Shown here: one piece after another, positions 34,265-44,925 of the stretch
How positions within the stretch are numbered: position 1 is the first letter of the stretch
How the letters are laid out: the number at the start of each line of letters is the position of its first letter
DNA from: Candidatus Marinacidobacterales bacterium
GTDB taxonomy: Bacteria; Acidobacteriota; Vicinamibacteria; Marinacidobacterales; SMYC01
Length of the DNA stretch: 64,000 nucleotides
NCBI GenBank assembly: GCA_965224085.1
Contig: CBDCYI010000004.1
Span: 1,344,001-1,408,000, forward strand
Direction: 5' to 3'
The notes under the pieces: model-generated
Seen by the model: the letters and a program-made list of their open reading frames with translations, nothing else
Database searches by the model: none
Told to the model about the DNA's origin: nothing
Made by a program: the position numbers and the translations under genes

Positions 34265-34642
34265 CTAGTACCCGTCCTGACAGGTGTAAGAGGTTGAGAA
34301 AAAAGGGGTAATCGCAAATTTAGGGCTAGCCTTCTGAGGGAGTGTCGTTTAGTATCGAGTCGACAAAAACGCAGATTCTAAACGACTTAACTCCAAAGGA
34401 GACCAGCCCTAAATGCGAAAAACGATCAACCCACAACCAAGCCTTCGCGAGCCCTGGCTGGAGCTGGAGCACGCACGCGAACTCGAAACGATATCATCGC
34501 TGCTCGATGCCCATCCTAAGCTCAATGAGCTGGTACTGCAAGACCTGAGGTCGGTCACCCCATCGGCAGGGAGCGATGTTGGTCGTGGGGGAATGAGCGC
34601 GGAGCAGGTTCTCCGGGCGTTGTTGGTCAAGCAGCTGAATCA
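34265..34642 (+). mobile_element. ISNCY-type element left end and truncated transposase N-terminus (ORF from 34413)
   Basis: MRKTINPQPSL...HARELETISSLLD...GRGGMSAEQVLRA; end CTAGTACCCGTCCTGA. Confidence 0.75.
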
Positions 34643-35267
34643 GTCTGCTTCGCCACCAAGAATGGTAATACCGTTACCGTCCCCCCAGAGGAATTTATCC
34701 GCCGTTTCCTCCTGCACGTACTGCCGAAAGGTTTCGTCAAGATTCGCCATTTCGGCTTAATGGCCTCCTCCAATGCGACCACCAAGCTCGTAGTCGCGCG
34801 CCAGTTGCTCGATGAGAAAACAAAACCCACGACCGACGCCGACGACGTGCAAGTCAGCTCGCGTGCCACCGAGGACAAGGACTGGCGCGAGCGGCTCAAG
34901 GAGCTCACCGGCATCGACCTCACCATCTGTCCCCGCTGCAAGAAAGGTCGCATGCTCCGATGCCCTCTCTCCACGAAGCTTCGACGGATCAACCTCCAGA
35001 TCCGCTCCCCTCCAGATGAGTCATGATCACGATGCTTTCGCTCCGCCTCTCACAACGCCGACCGGTCGTTGAAACGGACTCGTGTGTCTCGTCGCGAACT
35101 CATAACGCTACCGTGGTGGTTACCGCACCGGGTAGGCCCTTCTTCTATCTTCCCCGCCATATCTCTGTCGATTCGCAACTCCCTGACGTCCAACTCCGAC
35201 TTCCTGTCCGACCGTCTTCTCACTCCAATTTATGCATAGTTGCCGCTAGCTGGGCGGCTTAGTTCAA
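34643..35267 (+). mobile_element. Integrase + IS91-type element, copy C (transposase 3' part and right end)
   Basis: Identical to the reverse complement of about 2743-3362; ends GCGGCTTAGTTCAA. Confidence 0.9.
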
Positions 35268-35355
35268 TTACGGTTTGCACGAATGCTCGCTCTACAAGCA
35301 TCGTGCCTCGCGTAACGCCGTGCTTCGCTCGATTCCTGCAAACCGCTATTAATTA
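35263..35355. repeat. 93-bp palindrome, copy 2
   Basis: Reverse complement of 2063-2155. Confidence 0.85.
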
Positions 35356-35389
35356 CCGAGGGCGATATCGAATTCCAACAAAACCCTAC

Positions 35390-35684
35390 GCCAGTCGATC
35401 TCTGCATGATGTCGCAGTGCAATCATCACATCATTGCAAACTCCACGTTCTCTTGGTGGGGGGCCTGGCTAAATCCAAGCACAAAGAAAATCGTGATCTA
35501 TCCAAAGCAATGGTTTTATACCCATAAAGGCGGACATCCAAAAAGCCGCGATCTTATCCCGGAAAGCTGGATTCCAGTGAGTAGTATTAGGAGCGAGATT
35601 GGAATGCTAGTAACGGCGCTTCGGGACTATCGCTTCCCCTATCAAATAACAAGGCATTTGGTCTGGTGTATTCTTAGGCGTTAG
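35390..35684 (+). pseudogene. GT11 alpha-1,2-fucosyltransferase C-terminal fragment
   Basis: [25 protein letters not shown]...PKQWF...DLIPESWI; lower GC. Confidence 0.85.
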
Positions 35685-35881
35685 TTATTTTCTTAGAACT
35701 TCATAATTCTTTTGAAATGCGGGCAACCGTTTCCTTTTTGAGCGAGGAACTCATCTACGTAACTTTCACGGCGCCGCCGCGCAAACCGAGCGCCTTTTTG
35801 GTGACGTCGGACTTTGCCTTCCCTAGCCGAAACTTGACTCACATGCTCCGAATCTCGTAGTAAGCGGATCAACGATGCGAT

Positions 35882-35950
35882 GGCGTCGAGCTTCAAGGAA
35901 GCGACCCATACGAGATTCTGACCACGGTGCGCGAGGTTTTGCTCACGCTC
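35882..35950 (+). repeat. Direct repeat of mfd 3' end, copy 2 (probably the displaced native end)
   Basis: Reads GVELQGSDPYEILTTVREVLLTLARCS|KMK* once the IS200 is removed. Confidence 0.88.
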
Positions 35951-35960
35951 GCCCGTTGCT

Positions 35961-36593
35961 CTAACCGACCACGCCCATAGGGCGTGGGTTTAGGAAGGCC
36001 CCCCCGAGGGGGCCGATGACGTTGGGAAGGCCCCGTTGGGGCCGTCTCTCGTTAACTCAGGTCGAGATCACCTTGGCGAGACTCAAGCTTTTCTTGCTCC
36101 CGGATGTACTTTCTTATTCGCTCCTCGTCAAGGCCAACCGTACTCACACAGTACCCCTTCGCCCAAAAATGCAAGCCCGTCATACGACGTTCTTTCAGCA
36201 ATTCTCGGTGGATGCGTACCGCACTCTTCCCTTTCAGAAAACCGATCGTGTGAGATACGCTGTACTTGGGAGGGATGCTCATACACAGGTGGATGTGGTC
36301 CGGTTGCGCGTTGCCTTCTATCAGTTCTACTCCTCTCTGCTCACAAAGCTCTCGAAGAATTCGCCCCACGCGACGCCGAAGGTCCCCATATAACACCCTT
36401 CTACGATACTTGGGGATGATCACCACGTGGTACTTGCATTCCCATCGCACATGCGACAGGCTTTTCCATTCGTGCATGCAGGTTCTCCTTTCGGAGGCCC
36501 CACAGGGTCTTCCCGGAGGGGGAACCTAGCACACGCCGGATCGCTCGATGCTCTTCGGGTCACGCCGCCAGAGGCGGCGGGTTTATTAGCGGA
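35961..36593 (-). mobile_element. Second IS200-type element
   Basis: Hairpins CCACGCCCATAGGGCGTGG and CGCCGCCAGAGGCGGCG; TTAG at both junctions (minus strand). Confidence 0.85.
36052..36477 (-). CDS. tnpA: IS200 family transposase
   Basis: CKYHVVIIPKYR, DHIH, FWAKGY, YIREQ. Confidence 0.95.
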   Translation of the reverse strand: MHEWKSLSHVRWECKYHVVIIPKYRRRVLYGDLRRRVGRILRELCEQRGVELIEGNAQPDHIHLCMSIPPKYSVSHTIGFLKGKSAVRIHRELLKERRMTGLHFWAKGYCVSTVGLDEERIRKYIREQEKLESRQGDLDLS

Positions 36594-36616
36594 CTAAAAT
36601 GAAGTGAGCTTTCCCA

Positions 36617-37570
36617 ATGAGAACTTACACCCTTTTTGTCAGTCTTAGTGTCATCCTCAGTGTTAGCTTCGGCTGTGCTCGAGAGGTCCCCCTCAAGGAG
36701 CGGGTGGTGGTAGAAATCGCCGATGGCGCGTTCACGGTCGGTGAGTTCGAGCGTTTCGTGGAAAGCTCCGTCCAACAGGACGAGCCGTTTCTCGCGGGCG
36801 ACGTGATGGAGGCTTTGTTCGAGCAGTTCATCGAAGAGCAGTTGCTTCTCAGGGCCGCCGAGGATGCCGGCATTCGCGCCGAGCCCGACGCGATCGCGAA
36901 ACGCCTCGATGCCGTCGCCAAGGTCGAGGCGGCGAATCTGGTTGAGCAGGCTGATATCGAGACGCTCGTGAGGAACCAAATCCGGATCGAAACGCTTGTC
37001 GAAGATGCTGTTTTTGGAAGGCTCTCGGTCTCCGACGAGGAGATCTCGTCGCATTTCGAGGCGAATCGAGCTTTTTTCGAAAGACCGGAAACGGTCCACG
37101 TTTCGCAGATCCTTCTAGAGGATGAAGGGCTCGCGAAGACGGTCGCCGCAGAGCTCGGTGGCAGCGCGACCCGTTTCGAGGAGCTTGCCCAAGAGCACTC
37201 CGTCGGCCCGGAAGCGAGCCGCGGCGGCCACCTCGGGAGCTTTGCTCGCGGTGAGCTCCCCCAATCGCTGGAGACGACTATTTTCTCGTTGCGGCCGGGA
37301 AGGGTCTCGGCCGTCACCGCGACGGATTTCGGATTTCATATTTTTCTCGTTCACGAGAAAGTCGCGGGCGCGCCTCTCTCTCTCGAGGAAGCCCGAGACC
37401 CCATCCGCGTTGAGCTTTTGCGGGAGAAGAGCGACCGCGCACTTGCTCTCTATCTCGAAGCGTTGAAGAATACGTACCCCGTGACCGTCCATCGGGAGCA
37501 TTTGAGCTTCGCCTTCCTGGAATGGGAGGAAAGCAAAACGGCGGGGACGCCATTGGAGGAAAGTCCATGA
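36617..37570 (+). CDS. Parvulin-type peptidyl-prolyl isomerase lipoprotein (PrsA/SurA-like)
   Basis: Lipobox SFGC; VSQIL, FEELAQEHS, GGHLG, FGFHI. Confidence 0.9.
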   Translation: MRTYTLFVSLSVILSVSFGCAREVPLKERVVVEIADGAFTVGEFERFVESSVQQDEPFLAGDVMEALFEQFIEEQLLLRAAEDAGIRAEPDAIAKRLDAVAKVEAANLVEQADIETLVRNQIRIETLVEDAVFGRLSVSDEEISSHFEANRAFFERPETVHVSQILLEDEGLAKTVAAELGGSATRFEELAQEHSVGPEASRGGHLGSFARGELPQSLETTIFSLRPGRVSAVTATDFGFHIFLVHEKVAGAPLSLEEARDPIRVELLREKSDRALALYLEALKNTYPVTVHREHLSFAFLEWEESKTAGTPLEESP

Positions 37571-38523
37571 AGCAACATCGAATATGGGTCGTCCTAGGCG
37601 CAGCTCTTGTTCTTTCGAGCGCCGCCTTCGCCGAGACAGTCGAGCGCATCGTAGCGAAAGTGAACGGGCAGATCATCACCCTTACCGAGCTCGATAAGGA
37701 AGTCCAGTCTGCCATGGAGCAGCTCGGGCCCGCGCCGACGCCGGAAGAGAACGAAGCCCGCATCGCCGAGCTCAAAACGCAGATTCTGGATCGCATCATT
37801 GACAACATGCTCGTTTTGCAAGTCGCCGAAGACCGTGGTCTCAGGGTTCCCTCACGATTTTTCCAAGAGTGGAAGCAGAACATCATGACGGAGATGAAGA
37901 TCCAGTCGGAGGAAGAGCTCGTGCGTCAGGTCCAGCTTCAAGGCGGCTCGATCGCGGATCTGCGCAAGCGCTTCGAAGACGGGCTGCTGCTCCAGGAAGT
38001 ACGCCGGATGGAAGTGGAAAGCAAGGTTTCGGTCTCGGAGCCCGAGATCGAAGAGCGCTACCGCCTGCACATCAACGAGTACACCGATCCCGCGAAAGTG
38101 CGTCTGCGTGAGATCGTCGTGCGTTTCGACGAGACCAACGAGCTCGACCAAGGTAAAAAGGCGAGGCGGATCCGTCAGGACATCGAACAGGGCGCCGATT
38201 TTGCTGAAGTGGCGCGCATGCATTCGGAATCGGGCTCGAGGGAAGCGGGCGGCGACCTCGGGTTTTTCAACGATGGCGATCTCACGGAGTCTCTCGCGAC
38301 CGTTGCCTTCTCCCTCAACCCGGGTGAGGTCAGCGATATCATCCGTCTGGACAAGGCGTTCTACATCATCCGCGTCGAAGAGAACGTCGAAGCTGTTACG
38401 AACGAGCTCAACGATGTTCGCAACGAAGTCGCCGACGCTATTTTCCAAGAGAAGATGAGCGAACAGATGGACCGCTTCGTCAAGCAGCTTCGTGAGCGGG
38501 CCATTGTGGAAGTGAAGCTGTAA
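37567..38523 (+). CDS. surA: SurA-like chaperone/PPIase
   Basis: VERIVAKVNGQIITLTEL, FAEVARMHS, GGDLG. Confidence 0.85.
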   Translation: MKQHRIWVVLGAALVLSSAAFAETVERIVAKVNGQIITLTELDKEVQSAMEQLGPAPTPEENEARIAELKTQILDRIIDNMLVLQVAEDRGLRVPSRFFQEWKQNIMTEMKIQSEEELVRQVQLQGGSIADLRKRFEDGLLLQEVRRMEVESKVSVSEPEIEERYRLHINEYTDPAKVRLREIVVRFDETNELDQGKKARRIRQDIEQGADFAEVARMHSESGSREAGGDLGFFNDGDLTESLATVAFSLNPGEVSDIIRLDKAFYIIRVEENVEAVTNELNDVRNEVADAIFQEKMSEQMDRFVKQLRERAIVEVKL

Positions 38524-38556
38524 TTCGGGTTCGCTTCCTGCTTCCCTGCTTCCCTT

Positions 38557-38823
38557 TTGCGCGTTGACGTTTTTCTCAAGCAGTCGCGGCTCGTCAAGCG
38601 GCGGTCGCTCGCCAAAGAACTCTGTGACGATGGAGCGATCGCGCTCAATGGGCGTCCCGTGCGCGCGGGCCGGGAAGTTACGATGGGGGACTTGCTGACG
38701 CTTTCGCTCCGGCATCGTAGAATCGAAGTCGAGATCGTCGATGTGCCGAATCGGCCTCCGAGCGCCGCCGCCGCCATAGAGCTCTATCGAGTTTTGAGTG
38801 ACGAAAAAAATGATGAGCCATAA
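38557..38823 (+). CDS. S4-domain RNA-binding protein (Hsp15/RqcP-like)
   Basis: MRVDVFLKQSRLVKRRSLAKELC. Confidence 0.85.
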   Translation: MRVDVFLKQSRLVKRRSLAKELCDDGAIALNGRPVRAGREVTMGDLLTLSLRHRRIEVEIVDVPNRPPSAAAAIELYRVLSDEKNDEP

Positions 38824-39844
38824 GCCGCTCCGCATCACCAACAGGGCCAACAGGGGCGACAGGGGCGACAAAGTGCGCCTCGCGTCGCCGCTCATCCTTG
38901 CTCCTCTCGCCGGGCACACGGACCGTGCTTTCCGGGGACTTGTGCGCGACCTCGGCGGCTGCGGGCTCGTCGTGACGGAAATGGTCAGCTCGGAAGGATT
39001 GACCCGCGGAAGCGAGTTCTCAAAAGAGCTCGCAGCCATCACGCCCCAGGAACGCCCAGTCGGTGTACAGATCTTTGGGAGCGATCCGGCGCGCATGGGA
39101 GCTGCAGCCGCCATGGTGGAGGACATGGGAGCCGACCTCGTCGATGTCAATATGGGATGCCCAGTGCCGAAAGTAACGAAGAAGGGCTCGGGTGCGGCGC
39201 TCATGAAGGACGTGGAGCGCGCTGGCGCTATCGTGTCGCAGATGGTCAAGAGCACCTCTATTCCCGTAACCGTAAAGATCCGCTCGGGCTGGGACCAAAA
39301 CCACATCAACGCGCCCGAGCTTGCGCGCGCTCTCGAGAATGCGGGCGCCTCGGCGATTACTGTGCATCCACGCTGCCGCAGCGAGCGTCATCGCGGCCAA
39401 GCAGCTTGGTCCGTCATCCGCGACGTGAAACGCGCCGTGAAAATCCCAGTCATCGGAAACGGTGACGTCCACGGCCCCGAGAGCGCGAGAAGAATGGTCG
39501 ATGAGACGGGCGTCGACGGGCTCATGATCGGCCGCGGCGCACTCATGAACCCTTGGGTCTTCCGTCAGATCATGACCTCCGACAGCACTGACCCGTCAGC
39601 CGAGGACTACCGAATATTGTTCCAGCATTTCATCGAGCGATTGCGTGAATTCCTTCCAGAGCGTATGGTTCTCAACCGGATGAAGGGCTTCATCGGGTGG
39701 GTGACGAAGGGCTTGCACAAGGGACATGGCCTTCGGCGCGACGTTTACGCGGCGAAGAGCCTCCCCGAGCTCGTCGGGATCTTCGAGCGCTTTTTCGAGC
39801 CGATCGATGTGCAGCGCACCAAAGAGCTCAAAAATAGCGTATAG
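38810..39844 (+). CDS. dusB: tRNA-dihydrouridine synthase B
   Basis: LAPLAG, VQIFG, DVNMGCP, GSGAALM, VIGNGD, MIGRGA. Confidence 0.92.
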   Translation: MMSHKPLRITNRANRGDRGDKVRLASPLILAPLAGHTDRAFRGLVRDLGGCGLVVTEMVSSEGLTRGSEFSKELAAITPQERPVGVQIFGSDPARMGAAAAMVEDMGADLVDVNMGCPVPKVTKKGSGAALMKDVERAGAIVSQMVKSTSIPVTVKIRSGWDQNHINAPELARALENAGASAITVHPRCRSERHRGQAAWSVIRDVKRAVKIPVIGNGDVHGPESARRMVDETGVDGLMIGRGALMNPWVFRQIMTSDSTDPSAEDYRILFQHFIERLREFLPERMVLNRMKGFIGWVTKGLHKGHGLRRDVYAAKSLPELVGIFERFFEPIDVQRTKELKNSV

Positions 39845-39868
39845 TTCGCCTCCGGAAAGGCTAGGTTC

Positions 39869-40732
39869 ATGAAAAAACTCGCAATGATTTCGATGTTAGT
39901 GCTTTTCGGCGCAAGCTCCGCCGTCGCGCAGCCGGACTTCGACAATGTGGAAGTCAAGGTACATCCGGTGGCCGGCAGCGTGTATTACCTCGAGGGCGCC
40001 GGCGGAAATATCGGTGTCTTCATCGGCGATGACGGGGTGTTTCTCATCGACGATCAATACGCTCCCCTGACGGAGAAGATCGTCGCAGCAATCCGAACGC
40101 TCTCCGACGAGCCCATCCGTTTTCTGATCAACACTCACATGCATCCGGACCACACGGGCGGAAACGAGAACTTCGGCAAGATGGGCACGATGATCTACGG
40201 CCATGACAACGTGCGCTCGCAAATGGCCAAGGCAGAATACACGCAGACGCCGCCGTTCATTACCTTCGGCGAGGACATGTCCTTCCACATCAATGGCGAC
40301 AAAGTCTACGTGTTCAAGACGCCCGATGCCCATACCAACGGCGATGCGTATATCCTCTTCGAAAACACCAACACCATCCATACCGGAGACGTCTATCGAA
40401 CCACGAGCTATCCTTATATCGACACGACGAACGGGGGGAGCTTTCTAGGGACGATCAAAGCCTACGATCTACTGATCGAGCTCTCCGATGCCGACACGAA
40501 GATCGTTCCCGGCCACGGCGTTATCTCGAACGTGGGCGACGTGAGGGCTTTCCGCGACATGCTTCTCGTCATCCGCGACCGCGTCAAATCGAGCATCGAC
40601 GCCGGCCAAACCTTGGAGAAGATCCAAGCGGCGGGTTTAACGAAGGAATTTGACGCGCGCTGGGACAGCGGTCGTCGCATTGGCGGGGCCAAGGCGCTCC
40701 TCGAGTCCGCTTACGAGGACATGACGCCTTAG
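39869..40732 (+). CDS. Secreted MBL-fold metallo-hydrolase
   Basis: Signal peptide; THMHPDHTGGN, AHTNGD, TGD, PGHG. Confidence 0.9.
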   Translation: MKKLAMISMLVLFGASSAVAQPDFDNVEVKVHPVAGSVYYLEGAGGNIGVFIGDDGVFLIDDQYAPLTEKIVAAIRTLSDEPIRFLINTHMHPDHTGGNENFGKMGTMIYGHDNVRSQMAKAEYTQTPPFITFGEDMSFHINGDKVYVFKTPDAHTNGDAYILFENTNTIHTGDVYRTTSYPYIDTTNGGSFLGTIKAYDLLIELSDADTKIVPGHGVISNVGDVRAFRDMLLVIRDRVKSSIDAGQTLEKIQAAGLTKEFDARWDSGRRIGGAKALLESAYEDMTP

Positions 40733-40854
40733 CGGGTCCGAGCCCAACTTCCGCGAAGCGGCGTCGGTGGCCACCTGTGGTCCGCGAAAAAGGGCCCGAG
40801 ATGGGGGTCGCGATCGAACTGATACACGGCACTAACGCGGGCGAAGGGAAAGAA

Positions 40855-41136
40855 ATGCAATCCTCCGACGACAAACGAGAATACTGGAAAAGGAACTTGA
40901 CGTATGTCGGAGCTCTGCTCGCGATCTGGTTCCTCGTGTCGTTTGGCTTCGGCATTTTGCTCGTGGAGCCTCTGAATCGTGTTCGCATCGGGGGGTTCAA
41001 ACTAGGTTTTTGGTTTGCCCAGCAAGGCTCGATGTACGTGTTCGTCATTCTGATCTTTGTCTATGTGCGCTTGATGAACCGCCTCGATCGCACCTTTAAC
41101 GTCGACGAAAGGGATGAGCGCGAGGATGCTTCATGA
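40855..41136 (+). CDS. DUF4212 small membrane partner of an SSS transporter
   Basis: YWKRN...LGFWFAQQGS. Confidence 0.88.
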   Translation: MQSSDDKREYWKRNLTYVGALLAIWFLVSFGFGILLVEPLNRVRIGGFKLGFWFAQQGSMYVFVILIFVYVRLMNRLDRTFNVDERDEREDAS

Positions 41137-42815
41137 ATGTCCAAGCTTGGACTTTCGTGATGGTGGCGCTGTCCTTCGCGCTTTACATTGGGGTTGCTAT
41201 CTGGTCCCGCGCGAGGTCGACCGGTGACTTCTACGTCGCTGCCGCACAGGTATCGCCGGTGGTCAACGGCATGGCCACGGCGGCAGGTTGGATGTCTGCA
41301 GCATCGTTCATTTCGATGGCGGGTCTCATCGCATTCATGGGACGTGACGGTTCCGTCTATCTAATGGGGTGGACCGGAGGCTACGTATTGCTCGCGTTGC
41401 TCTTGGCACCTTATCTGAGGAAATTCGGGAAATACACCGTGCCGGACTTCGTCGGGGATCGCTACTACTCTCAGGTAGCCCGGATCGTCGCTGTCATCTG
41501 CGCCATCTTTATTTCCTTTACATACGTCGCCGGTCAGATGCGCGGCGTGGGGATCGTCTTCTCACGCTTTCTCGGGGTCGGCATCAACACCGGAGTCGTC
41601 ATCGGCATGGGCATCGTTTTCTTCTATGCGGTGCTCGGCGGGATGAAGGGCATCACTTACACACAAGTTGCGCAATACACCGTCCTCATTTTCGCTTTCC
41701 TGGTACCCGCGATCTTCATTTCATTGCTTCTGACCGGAAACCCGATTCCCCAGCTGGGTTTCGGCGGGGTGCTCACCGATGGATCCGGAACCTACCTGCT
41801 CGACCGTCTCGATGGTCTCGGGCGGGAGCTGGGATTTGCAGCTTACACCGACGGACAGAAGGGCACGCTGGACGTTTTCTTTATCACCGCGGCGCTGATG
41901 GCAGGGACGGCGGGATTGCCGCATGTCATTGTCCGTTTTTACACCGTACCCAAAGTTTGGCAGGCGAGAAGTTCTGCCGGATGGGCGCTTCTGTTCATTG
42001 CTTTGCTCTACACGACCGCTCCAGCGGTGGCGGCCTTCGCTCGGGCGAACCTTTTGACCACCGTCAGAAACACGCCCTATCGAAAGGTGCCGAACTGGTT
42101 TACGAACTGGGAGGCCACCGGGTTGATCCAGTTCGAAGACAAGAATGGAGATGGGCTCATTCAATATACCGGCCCCGCCTCCGACATGCCGAATGAGCTG
42201 ACGATCGACCGAGACATCATTGTGCTGGCCAATCCCGAGATTGCGCGGCTTCCGAACTGGGTTACCGGACTCGTGGCCGCTGGCGGGCTGGCCGCTGCGC
42301 TTTCGACGGCTGCAGGTCTTCTCCTTGTCATCTCGACTTCGATCGCGCACGACCTCTTCAAGAAAACGATCCAGCCATCGATTACCGAAAAAAGCGAGCT
42401 GCTAATCGCTCGCGTCACTGCTGGATTCGCGGTTGTCGTTTCTGGTTACTTGGGTATCAACCCGCCTGGCTTCGTGGGCGAGGTCGTTGCCCTGGCCTTC
42501 GGGTTAGCGGCGGCGTCGTTCTTCCCTGCGATCCTTCTAGGAATCTTCACCAAGAAGATGAATAAGTACGGTGCGGTGAGCGGGATGGTCGCGGGCATCA
42601 CCTTCACCTCGCTCTACATCGCCTACTTCAAGTTCCTCCATCCCGAGCTGAACAGTGCGGAGCACTGGTGGCTTGGCGTGTCCCCCGAAGGCATCGGCAC
42701 GGTCGGCATGGGGCTGAATTTCCTCGTCGCCTGGGTGGTGGCCGCGTGTACCGAACCACCACCGCTCGAGATACAACAGTTCGTCGAGGAGATTCGCGTG
42801 CCTCGGAAGAGTTGA
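41133..42815 (+). CDS. actP: Sodium:solute symporter, cation/acetate permease-like
   Basis: NGMATAAGWMSAASF, GGMKGITYTQV, AGLPHVIVRF. Confidence 0.85.
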   Translation: MNVQAWTFVMVALSFALYIGVAIWSRARSTGDFYVAAAQVSPVVNGMATAAGWMSAASFISMAGLIAFMGRDGSVYLMGWTGGYVLLALLLAPYLRKFGKYTVPDFVGDRYYSQVARIVAVICAIFISFTYVAGQMRGVGIVFSRFLGVGINTGVVIGMGIVFFYAVLGGMKGITYTQVAQYTVLIFAFLVPAIFISLLLTGNPIPQLGFGGVLTDGSGTYLLDRLDGLGRELGFAAYTDGQKGTLDVFFITAALMAGTAGLPHVIVRFYTVPKVWQARSSAGWALLFIALLYTTAPAVAAFARANLLTTVRNTPYRKVPNWFTNWEATGLIQFEDKNGDGLIQYTGPASDMPNELTIDRDIIVLANPEIARLPNWVTGLVAAGGLAAALSTAAGLLLVISTSIAHDLFKKTIQPSITEKSELLIARVTAGFAVVVSGYLGINPPGFVGEVVALAFGLAAASFFPAILLGIFTKKMNKYGAVSGMVAGITFTSLYIAYFKFLHPELNSAEHWWLGVSPEGIGTVGMGLNFLVAWVVAACTEPPPLEIQQFVEEIRVPRKS

Positions 42816-42830
42816 CTTGGAGAGGAAGCG

Positions 42831-42995
42831 CTTGTCCCCTGGAACAGAGGTTCGTGGCCTAAAGCTCGAGGTCATTTTGTGGGCTGGCAAGGCGTGACGA
42901 CGAAGTCATATTGGGATATTTCGAGGAGAAACAACGCAGCCAGCGCGCAAAAGGGCCCGAGATTTAGGTTACGAATCTCTGTTCCAGGGGACTAG
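42831..42995. repeat. ~165-bp palindromic MITE-like element
   Basis: Long imperfect terminal arms CTTGTCCCCTGGAACAGAG... / ...CTCTGTTCCAGGGGACTAG. Confidence 0.8.
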
Positions 42996-42996
42996 C

Positions 42997-44924
42997 CGGA
43001 AGTTCCCGGCTTAGGCCAGACGTAATGTATTGAACGCGTGGAGTTTTTCATCAGGGAAGGTTTCCCGGCACTGGGAACAAACCGAGCAGTTGCATTGCGC
43101 GTTGTTGTGTTGAGTTGGCTTCGGTCACCATCTGGAATGGTGGAGCGGTCGGGTCGGCTTTGAGTTGGCAAAGGTTGAGACTGCGGGTAGCAAGCTCGGC
43201 AAGAAGCGTGGGGAAACTGTGAATAGGTAATCCGTCAGATGTGCGACGGACGCTCTTTTTGTTTTTGGCCGAAGTCGAGGGCAGAGCTGGCAAGACGGGG
43301 TCTCGGGTCTCGCGGTCGGCGTCAAGTTGCTCGTCGACGAAAAGTAGTGGAGCAAGGGCCTTTTTCATGTGCCATTGCACATAGTAGGCGAGCAAGCACA
43401 AGAAGATGTGTGCCCGCACGCGTTGGGCATCGCGATGGCGGATGGGTCGTACTAACAGGTCGATGCCCTTCAAACAACGAAAGGCTTGTTCAACCTGAGA
43501 GAGCCGCTTGTAGCTGCGCACGGTGTCCTCGGCCGAGAGATGCTCAAGCGGCTCGCTGGTGCGGATTACGTAGATGCCGTCGCGTTCCGATTCTCGGCGA
43601 ATGCTTTCCTCGCGTCTGCTGTAGCTAAAAAGGCTATCTTCGATCTTCAGTGTGAAGTGCTTGCCCACTTTGTAATGGTTGAGCACCTTTCCGACCTTCT
43701 TGCCAATTTCAGCTTTGTCCAAAGGAGTTTTCGTTCGCCGGGCAACCTGTCGGCGGATCTTGTCGAACTTGGCCTCGGTCGCTTCAAGCAGGGCCTGGCG
43801 CTTCCTTCGCCTCTCTTCGGCCAGCAGAGGGTTGTAGCAAGCAATCAGTCGCTCACCGGGAAAATCAATAGAAGTGATCTCCGCCAGGTTTTTTTGGTCG
43901 AACAGCGACAGCTGCAAACACTCCGTGTCCAGTAGTTTGCGAATCGCTGTCGAACGCAAGGCTGAGATCCAGCCAAGTCCTGGGTATTGCCTTAGAGCCT
44001 TAATCTGAGTCTGAGTGAGCAAGCCCCGGTCACCAACCAGCACCACCTGTTGAAGCTCAAAACGCTCACGAAGCTTTTGTACTTGATCCGGCAGTGTCGT
44101 CGGATCCCCTGTGTTCCCCGGGTAGACCTCCACGGCCACGGGACGTCCTTCGTGGTCCGTTAACACTCCATAGACAACGATGGGTTTGCCCTTTTTACCA
44201 TCTCGGCCGTAGCCGAAAAGAGCCAGTGGACAGGTGCGTCCTTCATAGTAGCTACTGCTCACATCGTAAAGCACCTGTGCACCCTCGGAAAGGTGTCGAC
44301 TCGCCAGCTTCTTTTCGATCCGAGACTGGCGCTGGATCAACCAATCCATTGCCGCATAGAGATCATCTTCGTCCGCATCGACCACGCCGAGCTCTTGCGC
44401 CAGCGTTGTCGTGTGCCACAGTCGTGTCGTGCCCAACTTCGAGCTGGGATGAATGAGTTGCTCGGCAATCATGGCGATAACCAGATCGCGTTCGCGACAT
44501 CGTTTCGACGCGATGAGTCTATCGAGTTCCAGTTGGTGGATGGTGCCGAGCACTGCCTCGACATGGCCGTGGGGCAGTGTCCGCTGCACGACGAACACAT
44601 CCGACGGAGCCATCAAGGGCTCGTCTCTCAGTAAGCGTCGCAGGGCTTCGACCTTGGCCTTGGGCCACTCCGTCAGATTGGCGATGGTGCGTTTTCGGAT
44701 GCGCTTTCCCTCTCGCCAACCCTCGCGCAACAAGATGGCTGGCCGGGAGTTCCGGTTGGGAACGATGTCGACATACATGGCAACAATAATACACATAAAA
44801 AGCTTAATATCAATATAAAACAGATCAATACATGGGAAAACTTGTGGGGCCACATTTTCTCGTTTCCCACTTAGAATCAATGAATTACACCCCGTTCTAG
44901 GTGTTTCTGTTAGGGGAACTTCTG
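42997..44924 (-). mobile_element. IS1634-family insertion sequence, complete
   Basis: TIR C(G/A)GAAGTTCCC; 6-bp TSD ACTAGC at 42991-42996 and 44925-44930. Confidence 0.92.
43051..44778 (-). CDS. IS1634 family DDE transposase
   Basis: LYDVSSSYYEG, VGDRG, DGIYVIRT, YKRLSQVEQAFRCLK. Confidence 0.95.
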   Translation of the reverse strand: MYVDIVPNRNSRPAILLREGWREGKRIRKRTIANLTEWPKAKVEALRRLLRDEPLMAPSDVFVVQRTLPHGHVEAVLGTIHQLELDRLIASKRCRERDLVIAMIAEQLIHPSSKLGTTRLWHTTTLAQELGVVDADEDDLYAAMDWLIQRQSRIEKKLASRHLSEGAQVLYDVSSSYYEGRTCPLALFGYGRDGKKGKPIVVYGVLTDHEGRPVAVEVYPGNTGDPTTLPDQVQKLRERFELQQVVLVGDRGLLTQTQIKALRQYPGLGWISALRSTAIRKLLDTECLQLSLFDQKNLAEITSIDFPGERLIACYNPLLAEERRRKRQALLEATEAKFDKIRRQVARRTKTPLDKAEIGKKVGKVLNHYKVGKHFTLKIEDSLFSYSRREESIRRESERDGIYVIRTSEPLEHLSAEDTVRSYKRLSQVEQAFRCLKGIDLLVRPIRHRDAQRVRAHIFLCLLAYYVQWHMKKALAPLLFVDEQLDADRETRDPVLPALPSTSAKNKKSVRRTSDGLPIHSFPTLLAELATRSLNLCQLKADPTAPPFQMVTEANSTQQRAMQLLGLFPVPGNLP

Positions 44925-44925
44925 A

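Noticed and set aside
35693-35896. 67-aa minus-strand ORF inside the mfd island
   Set aside because: No motif or RBS, and it overlaps the mfd repeat; cannot be supported
38838-38872. 9-bp tandem repeat at the dusB 5' end
   Set aside because: In-frame low-copy slippage in a variable N-terminus; no phase-variation potential
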